From IMG/VR virus record IMGVR_UViG_3300027734_000038: a stretch of DNA of 64,000 bases; one strand, 5' to 3'. Source of the DNA: a virus. Below the pieces are notes generated by a model, which was given only the letters and a program-made list of their open reading frames with translations, ran no database searches and was not told the DNA's origin. Within the stretch, counting starts at the first letter, position 1. The number at the start of each line of letters is the position of its first letter. Below, piece after piece: positions 49,223 through 57,306 of the stretch. The position numbers were made by a program, and so were the translations under genes.

Positions 49223-50322
49223 TGCCATACGGTTCAATCTCAGTAGACCAAATTAATAACACCACAGGATATTCTCTTGGTGCTGGTAACGCTTCTATTA
49301 TGAAGAATCGCATTATCAATGGTGCGATGGTTATTGACCAAAGAAATGCTGGTGCTAGTGTTACGCCAGCAAATAACACTTACACTTTAGACCGATGGAA
49401 TACTTATCAAAGCACTTCTTCTGCTTATAGTGTTCAACAAAATGCTGGTTCTGTAACACCACCATTAGGGTTTACAAACTATCTTGGCGTAACTTCTTTA
49501 GCAGCAACTTCATTATCTGCTGGAAGTTATTTTATGCTTACTCAAATTATTGAAGGATTTAATGTTGCTGATTTAGGTTGGGGAAGTGCTAACGCCAAAA
49601 CTATAACATTATCTTTTTGGGTGCGTAGTTCTTTAACTGGAACATTTGGCGGATCTTTACAAAATGGTGGAACAAGAAGCTACCCATTTACTTACACAAT
49701 TTCTGCCGCAAATACTTGGGAACAAAAATCAATTACTGTTGCAGGTGATACAAGTGGAACTTGGGCAACAGATAATACTGCTGGCATTAAATTACGAATT
49801 GGTCTTGGTGTTGGCACAACCGCAAGCACAACTGCTGGCGCATGGGCAACCGGCGATTACTATTCAGCAACAGGTGCCACTTCAATAGTAGGAACAAACG
49901 GTGCCACATTCTATATTACTGGAGTTCAGTTGGAAGTTGGAAGTGTGGCCACAGGTTATGAATATGAAAATATTGCTCAAACTTATTCAAAATGCCAACG
50001 CTATTACACAGTTTTGTTATCAGGCAACGATAAGAGTTTATGCCTTGCAACTTGGTATAACACTTCAGAATGGGATGCAGTAGTATTTTTTCCAACGATG
50101 CGGTCAGCACCTACAGCATCATCAACAACAGTATCTTCTGGATATTATTTTGATAAATTAGGTGGCAATATTACTTTTGACAATATTAGTGGTGTTTTTG
50201 GTGCTGGCTTAAATGTTGCACAACCATACAAAGTGGCATTAAGTGGCGGTGTTGCTGGTTATTGCGGAAGCATTAGAACTTTAAATGCTTCTTGTTTTAT
50301 TGCTTTAAGTGCGGAGTTATAA
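49222..50322 (+). CDS. Fibre-tip protein, family D
   Basis: Start MPYGS (TAATG overlap); KNRIINGAM.IDQRN...GVQLEVG...CQRYY...SAEL. Confidence 0.75.
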   Translation: MPYGSISVDQINNTTGYSLGAGNASIMKNRIINGAMVIDQRNAGASVTPANNTYTLDRWNTYQSTSSAYSVQQNAGSVTPPLGFTNYLGVTSLAATSLSAGSYFMLTQIIEGFNVADLGWGSANAKTITLSFWVRSSLTGTFGGSLQNGGTRSYPFTYTISAANTWEQKSITVAGDTSGTWATDNTAGIKLRIGLGVGTTASTTAGAWATGDYYSATGATSIVGTNGATFYITGVQLEVGSVATGYEYENIAQTYSKCQRYYTVLLSGNDKSLCLATWYNTSEWDAVVFFPTMRSAPTASSTTVSSGYYFDKLGGNITFDNISGVFGAGLNVAQPYKVALSGGVAGYCGSIRTLNASCFIALSAEL

Positions 50323-50323
50323 A

Positions 50324-50491
50324 ATGACCTATCAATTATCAAATTTTCGTGGCAAATTAGCTTGCATTGTAAAAACTGATGGTAACATGAAACATTTTAT
50401 TCCTTTATCGAAAGATAACACCGATTACCAAGAATATCTAAAATGGGTTGCAGAAGGTAACACACCAGAACCAGCAGAAGGCACAGAATGA
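50324..50491 (+). CDS. Small partner protein, DNTDYQ family
   Basis: Start MTYQL; DNTDYQEYLKWVAEGNTPEPA. Confidence 0.75.
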   Translation: MTYQLSNFRGKLACIVKTDGNMKHFIPLSKDNTDYQEYLKWVAEGNTPEPAEGTE

Positions 50492-50961
50492 CAACGACTA
50501 TTGACGGTAATTCAGGAGTTATATTTCCAAATAACACTACACAAGCTAGTGCTGGTCAAGTGTTGCAGGTGGTTAATGGCACTTATTCAGGCCCCTATTT
50601 TTCAACAACAAGTACCACTTTTGTATCTACTGGATTAACGGTAACTATTACACCTAAGTTTGTTACAAGTAAAATTTTATTACTTTTACAAGTTGAAGTT
50701 TATAATGATACAGCAAATAAAGGTGGTGATTTAACCATTTATAAAAATGGTGCAAATTTAGCCTCAGGTTTATTAGGAAGAATGTATCCTATTTCTGGTC
50801 AATTAGCTATTAATATTCCTATTAATTATTACGATTCGCCATCAACAACATCAGCAACAACTTATACACTTTATATTAAAACAACAAATGCTGGATATGC
50901 TTTCAATGCTTTTCAAGATGCTTTTCCATCAACAATTACTGCATTGGAAATAGCAGCATGA
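50488..50961 (+). CDS. Fibre-tip protein, family B
   Basis: GQVLQVV...ITPKF.TSKIL...DSPSTTSATTY...EIAA. Confidence 0.7.
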   Translation: MTTTIDGNSGVIFPNNTTQASAGQVLQVVNGTYSGPYFSTTSTTFVSTGLTVTITPKFVTSKILLLLQVEVYNDTANKGGDLTIYKNGANLASGLLGRMYPISGQLAINIPINYYDSPSTTSATTYTLYIKTTNAGYAFNAFQDAFPSTITALEIAA

Positions 50962-51329
50962 CAATATACTTAGGGCAAATTGCTGGTTCTGGAATATCTG
51001 GTGCAACCGGTCCTACAGGTCCAACTGGACCATCTGGTGCTACTGGTGTATTTCCAACAAGCAGTTCAGCTAACTTAGCAATCACTAATGCCAATACATC
51101 AACATCAAATACTACTGGTGCTCTGACTGTTGCAGGTGGTGTAGGTGTTACAGGTAATGTATGGGTAGATACTGTTGTTGTTACGAATGGTTTGATACTT
51201 AATTCTAACACAATAAATAGAAGTTATACAGTACCAGACAATTACAATGCTGGTTCATTTGGTCCAATCACAGTAGCAAACTCTGCGATTGTTACAGTAC
51301 CAAGTGGTTCAATTTGGACCGTGGTTTAA
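50958..51329 (+). CDS. Hub: ISGATG N-terminus plus GPIT...W domain
   Basis: [10 protein letters not shown]; ends GPITVANSAIVTVPSGSIWTVV. Confidence 0.75.
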   Translation: MTIYLGQIAGSGISGATGPTGPTGPSGATGVFPTSSSANLAITNANTSTSNTTGALTVAGGVGVTGNVWVDTVVVTNGLILNSNTINRSYTVPDNYNAGSFGPITVANSAIVTVPSGSIWTVV

Positions 51330-51338
51330 GGATAAAGA

Positions 51339-51848
51339 ATGACATTCAAAGTTGATGGATCAAACGGATTAACATTTCCAAATAACACTACACAAGCTAG
51401 TGCTGGCCAAGTGTTGCAAGTTGTTCAAGCAGAATATGCCACACAAGTATCTTTATCTTCTATAACATATACAGATACCGGATTATCCGCAACCATTACT
51501 CCTAAATTTGCAACAAGTAAAATTTTAGTTAATATAAGTCAAAATCTATACATATACAGAGAGTTTGCATTTCAATATGGATATCTTCAACTATTGAGAA
51601 ATGGTTCTGTTGCAAAAGATTTTAGATTAGTTATGAATCAAACTGCTGGAAATCCTGCTGGCGGAAGTTATCCTTACCACGACATGAGTGCGGTTGTTGG
51701 ATTAAGTTATTTGGATTCACCAGCAAGCACTTCTGCTTTAACATATAAAACACAACAAAAATGTGGAACAACAAGCAATGGCGGAACAATAATTGCTCAA
51801 ATTGATAGTGCTCCATCTTTCATTACACTTATGGAGATTGCAGCCTAA
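51339..51848 (+). CDS. Fibre-tip protein, family B
   Basis: GQVLQVV...ITPKFATSKILV...DSPASTSALTYK...MEIAA. Confidence 0.7.
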   Translation: MTFKVDGSNGLTFPNNTTQASAGQVLQVVQAEYATQVSLSSITYTDTGLSATITPKFATSKILVNISQNLYIYREFAFQYGYLQLLRNGSVAKDFRLVMNQTAGNPAGGSYPYHDMSAVVGLSYLDSPASTSALTYKTQQKCGTTSNGGTIIAQIDSAPSFITLMEIAA

Positions 51849-52399
51849 TGCCAATTAAATTACAATCTTCTTCTGGTGGTTCAGTTACTTTAGATGTGCC
51901 GGTCACAGCAAGTAACTTTAATGTAACTGTACCTAATGCTTCTGGTACTGCTATGGTTAGCGGTAATATGCCAGCGTTTAGTGCTTATAAAACTTCCCAT
52001 CAAAGTTATTCAAATAATACTTGGACAAAAATAACTTACGACACAGAAGAATATGATACCAATAGTAATTTTGCTTCAAGCACTTTTACTCCCACAGTTG
52101 CAGGGTATTATCTGTTTACTGCAAGAAACCAATTTATTGCAGATGGAGTTGCAATGGCTGAAATAAATTCAGCGTTTTTTAAAAATGGCACTATTGCTAA
52201 AACAGGAACTTATAAGTATCAACCAGCGGCACTTACTGCACAATTTGGAAGTAACATTTCTGCTGTAATTTATTGCAACGGTACAACAGATTATGTTGAA
52301 TGTTACGGAAGAACTGACGGAAGCACTTTGTATGTTTATGGTGCAGCTGGTGCGGCGCCTTACACATACTTTCAAGGCATTTTAATGAGGGCTGCATAA
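51848..52399 (+). CDS. Fibre-tip protein, family C
   Basis: MVSGNMPAFSAY...DTNSNFAS..FTPTVAGYY...NGTTDYVE...MRAA. Confidence 0.7.
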   Translation: MPIKLQSSSGGSVTLDVPVTASNFNVTVPNASGTAMVSGNMPAFSAYKTSHQSYSNNTWTKITYDTEEYDTNSNFASSTFTPTVAGYYLFTARNQFIADGVAMAEINSAFFKNGTIAKTGTYKYQPAALTAQFGSNISAVIYCNGTTDYVECYGRTDGSTLYVYGAAGAAPYTYFQGILMRAA

Positions 52400-53487
52400 T
52401 GTCGGTACAATACGGCGGAGATAAAATAACATTTGCTGATGGTTCTTCTACATCTAGTGGATATACTTTTAGAAATAGAATCATTAACGGTGCCATGGTT
52501 ATAAGCCAATATAACGGCACAAGTAGTGTATCAATAGATAACACTAAAAACCAATACTACATTGACAGATGGGCTATTCAAAACAATACTGGTTCTGCGG
52601 TGTTTTCTTATCAACAAGTTACAACTGCACCAACCGGATTTAACAATAGTTTAAAAATAACTGTTACTACTGCTGATGGTTCTTTAACTTCTACTGCTAA
52701 AGCACAAATTTATCAACCAATTGAAGGTTACAACATTGCCGATTTAGGATGGGGAACTGCCAACGCCAAATCCGTTACCTTGTCATTTTGGGTTCAATCT
52801 AGTGTAACAGGAACTTTTGGTGGTGCATTGGGCAACAATGCTAATGATAGAAGTTATCCATTTACATATACAATCTCATCAGCAAATACTTGGGAACAAA
52901 AATCAATTACCATTGCTGGTGATACAACAGGCACTTGGCTAACTACTAATGGTTTAGGCATCAATGTTGATTTTAGTTTAGGTGCTGGAACTTCTCGTAG
53001 TGGAACTGCTGGTACTTGGGGTGGTGCTTGGTACACTTCTGCTACTGGTGCAACTAATTTATTAGCTACAAACGGAGCCACATTCTACATTACTGGTATT
53101 CAGTTTGAAGTAGGAAGTTCATCAACAACTTTTGAAGCTCGTGATTACGGAAATGAATTAAGAATGTGTCAGCGGTATTATCAGTTATGTAATGGATTTC
53201 TTGGAACTCCGGGCGCTTCTACTACAATCATGTATACATCTATTCAATACCAAGTTGCAATGAGAGCAAATCCATCTTTAGGACAAACAGGAGTTATTAA
53301 TATGACTGCACCCGGTGTTGATACATGGCAACAATCTAGCACAGGTATAGCAGCTGGAGGCCAAAATACAACAGGAACATGGATTCAATTAAACAATTTT
53401 TCTGGTTTAACTCAGCATAGACCATATGTCCAGTCCGTTAATTATGCTGGCAATGGATATGTTATTACTTTATCTGCGGAGTTATGA
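52399..53487 (+). CDS. Fibre-tip protein, family D
   Basis: RNRIINGAM...IEG.N.ADLGWG.ANAK..TLSFWV...CQRYY...SAEL. Confidence 0.75.
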   Translation: MSVQYGGDKITFADGSSTSSGYTFRNRIINGAMVISQYNGTSSVSIDNTKNQYYIDRWAIQNNTGSAVFSYQQVTTAPTGFNNSLKITVTTADGSLTSTAKAQIYQPIEGYNIADLGWGTANAKSVTLSFWVQSSVTGTFGGALGNNANDRSYPFTYTISSANTWEQKSITIAGDTTGTWLTTNGLGINVDFSLGAGTSRSGTAGTWGGAWYTSATGATNLLATNGATFYITGIQFEVGSSSTTFEARDYGNELRMCQRYYQLCNGFLGTPGASTTIMYTSIQYQVAMRANPSLGQTGVINMTAPGVDTWQQSSTGIAAGGQNTTGTWIQLNNFSGLTQHRPYVQSVNYAGNGYVITLSAEL

Positions 53488-53648
53488 TGATTTATAAATT
53501 AATGAATGTAATGGGACATGAATCGGTAAGTTTATTTAAAGATACAGAATTTGTAATGAATATTCCATTTGATCCAGATAACACAGATTACCAAAAATAT
53601 CTAAAATGGGTTGCAGAAGGCAACGAACCATTACCAGCGGACGAATAA
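53484..53648 (+). CDS. Small partner protein, DNTDYQ family (54 aa, not in the ORF track)
   Basis: MMIYKLMNVMGHESVSLFKDTEFVMNIPFDPDNTDYQKYLKWVAEGNEPLPADE. Confidence 0.8.
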   Translation: MMIYKLMNVMGHESVSLFKDTEFVMNIPFDPDNTDYQKYLKWVAEGNEPLPADE

Positions 53649-53651
53649 TAA

Positions 53652-55151
53652 ATGCCAATCTATCAATCAGTTGTTGCGGGTTCAGGAATATCAGGTGCTA
53701 CAGGACCTAATGGTGCTACTGGCGTTACAGGACCTACAGGACCAAATGGACCAACAGGCCCAACCGGACCAGCTGGTGCTACCGGTGTAACTGGACCAAC
53801 AGGACCAGCTGGTGCTACTGGACCAAATTCAATTGCAGCTGTATCAGACCAATCAAATAGTTCTACAGGATATCTTGCATTACCGGCAGGTACATCAGGA
53901 CAAAGACCGGGTAGTTCTGCAAATGGATACACAAGATTAAACACCACCGTTGGTGCAGTAGAATCTTATTTCAATGGTAAATGGCAAGCAATTACAACTT
54001 TTGCAACGGTACCTAATGCACCAACTGCTGTATCTGCGGTTGCTGGTGATGCTCAAGCTGTAGTATCGTTTACTGCACCAGCAAATAATGGTGGATCAAC
54101 AATCACATCTTATACGGCAGTATCTTCTCCAGGTGGATTTACTGCATCAGTTTCACAATCAGGTTCAGGTAGTGTTACTGTAACAGGTTTATCAAATGGT
54201 ACTGCATACACATTTACAGTATTTGCCACAAATGCTATTGGTAGTGGTGCATCAAGTTCTGCAAGTGGTTCAGTAACACCAGTTGCACCAGTAGTTGTTT
54301 CTTCACTTATTATTGCTGGTGGAGGAGGCGGCGGAGCGTATTACCAAGCTGGTGGTGGCGGTGCTGGTGGATATATAAATTCATTTGCTTCAGAAACATC
54401 TGGTGGAAACTCAGCTACTGCGGCAAAATCAAGCGTAGCTGTTGGAACTGTTCTTACTGTAACAGTTGGCGGTGGCGGTAATGGTGGATCAGGATTAGGT
54501 TCTGTTGGTTCGCAAGGAAGTTCATCTTCTATTATTGGAACTGGAATGTCGGTGACTGCTACTGGTGGCGGATACGGTTCATCAGGCCAAAATGCAAGCC
54601 CTCCTGCTGGTGGTAATGGTGGTTCTGGTGGTGGTGGTGCTGACTATGTGCCAGGCACAGCATCTGCAGGTGGTTCTGGCATTGCTGGACAAGGATCAAA
54701 CGGGTCTGCTCCCCCTCATGCAGGTCCTTCTTATGGTTCTGGAGCTGGTGGTGGTGCAGGACAAATCGGTCAAACTGGAAGTGGTACTGTTGGCGGTGTA
54801 GGCGGTGCAGGTTTATCTTCGTCTATTACCGGAACTGCTACAACTAGAGGCGGTGGAGGTGGCGGGTCTTGTTACTCAGGTTCTGGTGGTCAAGGCGGTG
54901 CTGGTGGTTCTGGTGGTGGCGGTAACGGGTCTACTGGCGCTGGTGGCGCTGGTACGCCTAATACTGGTGGCGGTGGTGGCGGTGGTGAGCGAGGTGGGGC
55001 TGGAACAGGTGGAAATGGTGGTAAAGGAGTTGTTATTATTAGCGTGCCCACTTCGCAATATTCAGGAACATCTAGCGGAGCCTCCACAATTTCTACGGCT
55101 GGGTCAAATACTTACTTAGTATTTAATGACTCTGGAAGTTATACAGTTTAA
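53652..55151 (+). CDS. Fibre: ISGATG N-terminus, collagen tract, FN3 domain, glycine-rich tip
   Basis: P.APT.V.A.AG..A.VSFTAP..GGS.IT.Y...GL.NGT.YTF.V.A.N..G (FN3), then AGGGGGG...GGGGAGG...NTGGGGGG...GG.GVVII. Confidence 0.8.
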   Translation: MPIYQSVVAGSGISGATGPNGATGVTGPTGPNGPTGPTGPAGATGVTGPTGPAGATGPNSIAAVSDQSNSSTGYLALPAGTSGQRPGSSANGYTRLNTTVGAVESYFNGKWQAITTFATVPNAPTAVSAVAGDAQAVVSFTAPANNGGSTITSYTAVSSPGGFTASVSQSGSGSVTVTGLSNGTAYTFTVFATNAIGSGASSSASGSVTPVAPVVVSSLIIAGGGGGGAYYQAGGGGAGGYINSFASETSGGNSATAAKSSVAVGTVLTVTVGGGGNGGSGLGSVGSQGSSSSIIGTGMSVTATGGGYGSSGQNASPPAGGNGGSGGGGADYVPGTASAGGSGIAGQGSNGSAPPHAGPSYGSGAGGGAGQIGQTGSGTVGGVGGAGLSSSITGTATTRGGGGGGSCYSGSGGQGGAGGSGGGGNGSTGAGGAGTPNTGGGGGGGERGGAGTGGNGGKGVVIISVPTSQYSGTSSGASTISTAGSNTYLVFNDSGSYTV

Positions 55152-55164
55152 TTAAGGAAAAAAT

Positions 55165-55563
55165 ATGGCTTATTTTGCAAAATTAAACTCTCAAAATATA
55201 GTAGAACAAGTCGTTTCTGTAGGCAATGAAATGCTTTTAGATAACGGCATCGAGTCTGAAGCTAAAGGCATAGAATTTTTACGTGCCCTATATAACGAAC
55301 CAAATGCCGTTTGGGTGCAAACATCTTATAACAGCAGAGGCGGTATGCATACTAACGGTGGTATTTCATTCAGAAAAAACTATGCGGCTATTGGTGGCCT
55401 ATACGATATAGTTCGTGACGCCTTTATTCCTAGAAAACGATATGGTTCTTGGATATTGAATGAAAATACTTGTTTATGGGAATCTCCGACACCCATGCCA
55501 AATGATGGTAAACAATATATTTGGGATGAAATAACAAAATCTTGGACAGAAATAACAGAATAA
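55165..55563 (+). CDS. Putative partner of the glycine-rich tip (MAYFA...QTSYN family)
   Basis: WVQTSYN...FRKNYA..G..YD...DAFI...SW.LNE.TC.WE.P.P.P. Confidence 0.6.
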   Translation: MAYFAKLNSQNIVEQVVSVGNEMLLDNGIESEAKGIEFLRALYNEPNAVWVQTSYNSRGGMHTNGGISFRKNYAAIGGLYDIVRDAFIPRKRYGSWILNENTCLWESPTPMPNDGKQYIWDEITKSWTEITE

Positions 55564-55567
55564 ACCA

Positions 55568-55617
55568 ATATCCTCATCACCTAAATACAGGATATCTTTA
55601 ATGTTGAGGACAACATG
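55568..55617 (+). promoter_or_regulatory. gp13 leader: late promoter core CTAAATA within alternative hairpins around the RBS
   Basis: CTAAATA at 55581-55587. Complementary pairs TCCTCA/TGAGGA, ATATCCT/AGGATAT and ATGTTG/CAACAT. Confidence 0.5.
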
Positions 55618-56388
55618 GCAACAGTTACCAATCGAGACCAATTTACAGACTACTGCCTACGCAAGCTTGGCTTTCCAGTTATTGAAATTAACGTAGATCC
55701 AGACCAAGTATCCGATAGGATTGATGATGCACTTCAATATTGGACAGACTATCACTTTGATGGTCTACAGAAAACATATTACATTCACGAAATTACACAA
55801 GAAGATGTCGATAATAGATATCTTGATTTAACTGGTGTAAGAGATAATGCCAACGTTGCTACAGAAATTGTAGGTGTTACTCGTATATTTCCACTTCAAG
55901 ATTCCCAATCAAGCATCAATATGTTTGACTTGCGGTATCAACTTCGTCTAAACGAACTCTACGATTTTACATCTGCATCATACATCAACTACACCATGAC
56001 TATGCAGCATCTTCGTATGCTTGAACAGTTATTTACTGGTGAAGTTCCAATTCGTTATCAGCGTCATACACAAAAGCTCTTTGCTGATTGGGCATGGGGT
56101 GACCAAGAAGCTCCAGTTGGCCAACCAGTTATTATTGATTGTTATACTACTATTAATCCTGAAGTATACAGTCGAATGTGGGACGACCGTTGGTTGAAAC
56201 GTTATGCAACTGCTTTGATTAAACGTCAATGGGGTGAAAATCTTAAAAAGTTTGGTAACATTCAATTGCCAGGTGGTGTCGTATTGAATGGCGACAAAAT
56301 CTTTGAAGAAGCTATGAATGAAATCGATGACCTCGAAAAAGATATGGAAAACAATTACGGTGGCGTTCTTGAATTCTTTATGAACTAA
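55615..56388 (+). CDS. gp13: Neck protein gp13
   Basis: YCLRKLG.PVIEINVD..Q..DRID.ALQY...YHFDG; W.K.YATALIK.QWG.NL.KF..IQLPGGV.LNG. Confidence 0.95.
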   Translation: MATVTNRDQFTDYCLRKLGFPVIEINVDPDQVSDRIDDALQYWTDYHFDGLQKTYYIHEITQEDVDNRYLDLTGVRDNANVATEIVGVTRIFPLQDSQSSINMFDLRYQLRLNELYDFTSASYINYTMTMQHLRMLEQLFTGEVPIRYQRHTQKLFADWAWGDQEAPVGQPVIIDCYTTINPEVYSRMWDDRWLKRYATALIKRQWGENLKKFGNIQLPGGVVLNGDKIFEEAMNEIDDLEKDMENNYGGVLEFFMN

Positions 56389-56400
56389 GAAAACGGCACA

Positions 56401-57306
56401 ATGGCTACTTCTCAATACTTTAATAATTACAATTCTCGCTTTCAAGAGCAAAGGCTCGTGGAAGACCTCATCGTTGAATCCATAAAAATTATGGGATTCG
56501 ATGGAATGTATTTGCCTAATGACAATGATGCTGCTCGTGATTTATTGTTTGGTGAAGATCCAGTTAAGAAATTTCAATCGGCATTTCCTGTTGAGATGTA
56601 TCTTTCAGAAGCACTTAACTATACCGGTGAAAAAGAATTCTTTTCTAAATTTGGTCTTGAGATTAAGAACCATACTAAGGTACTTTTAACCAAGAGAACA
56701 TTTGAACAAAGAGTACCACAAAATATTTTTCAAAGACCACGAGAAGGTGATTTAATTTGGATTCCATTTTTAAATGGCACAGGTGAATTGTATGAGATTA
56801 CATTTACCGACCAAGACAAAGACTTCTATATGCTTGGTCGACCAGCACCATATTTCTATGAACTACACTTAGAGAAGTTTAAGTTCTCCAGTGAACTTAT
56901 TGCTACTGGTGTTAGAGATATTGATGATGCAGCCACACAGTCAACATACACTATTGACCTCAATCTTGGTGCCGGCACAGGTGACTACCAATACGGTGAA
57001 ATTGTATATCAATCATCTGCCAATACACAAGCCAATGCAACTGCCGTGGCCGTTGTGCAATCGTGGGTTCGTGGTGCCAATACTTCTACAGCCAACACAT
57101 TATCAATTTCTAATATTGCCGGTGAATTCATTGAAGGTGGTCCACTTAAAGTTGTTGGTGCCACAAGTAATGCACAATATAGATTATCTTCATATGACCC
57201 ATTAAGTGATAATGTAATAGATGATACTTATGATAATTATATCATTGAACAAAATGCAAATTCAATTGTCAACTTTGCTGAAACAAATCCTTTTGGTAGC
57301 ATTTAA
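56401..57306 (+). CDS. gp14: Neck protein gp14
   Basis: EQ.L.EDL..ESIK..G; FSKFGLEI; RPREGDLI; C-terminal F.E.NPFG. Confidence 0.93.
   Translation: MATSQYFNNYNSRFQEQRLVEDLIVESIKIMGFDGMYLPNDNDAARDLLFGEDPVKKFQSAFPVEMYLSEALNYTGEKEFFSKFGLEIKNHTKVLLTKRTFEQRVPQNIFQRPREGDLIWIPFLNGTGELYEITFTDQDKDFYMLGRPAPYFYELHLEKFKFSSELIATGVRDIDDAATQSTYTIDLNLGAGTGDYQYGEIVYQSSANTQANATAVAVVQSWVRGANTSTANTLSISNIAGEFIEGGPLKVVGATSNAQYRLSSYDPLSDNVIDDTYDNYIIEQNANSIVNFAETNPFGSI

Noticed and set aside
44534-53487. Identical gene-end boxes TGAGGGCyGCATAATG and TGCGGAGTTAT as recombination sites
   Set aside because: Largely explained by the conserved C-terminal residues plus an embedded Shine-Dalgarno sequence for the next gene, so not counted as independent evidence.
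43549-53648. Diversity-generating retroelement behind the paralogous tip genes
   Set aside because: No reverse transcriptase in the window. Differences between paralogues are not confined to adenines, and no long template/variable repeat pair is seen.
30333-55119. Minus-strand and alternate-frame ORFs rich in PVGPVAP or Cys/Arg/Trp
   Set aside because: They are shadows of the collagen-like and Gly-rich coding repeats and lie within well-supported + strand genes.
30394-55563. Shufflon or invertible tail-fibre cassette system
   Set aside because: All cassettes are on the same strand with their own starts and RBSs. No inverted crossover sites or recombinase were found.
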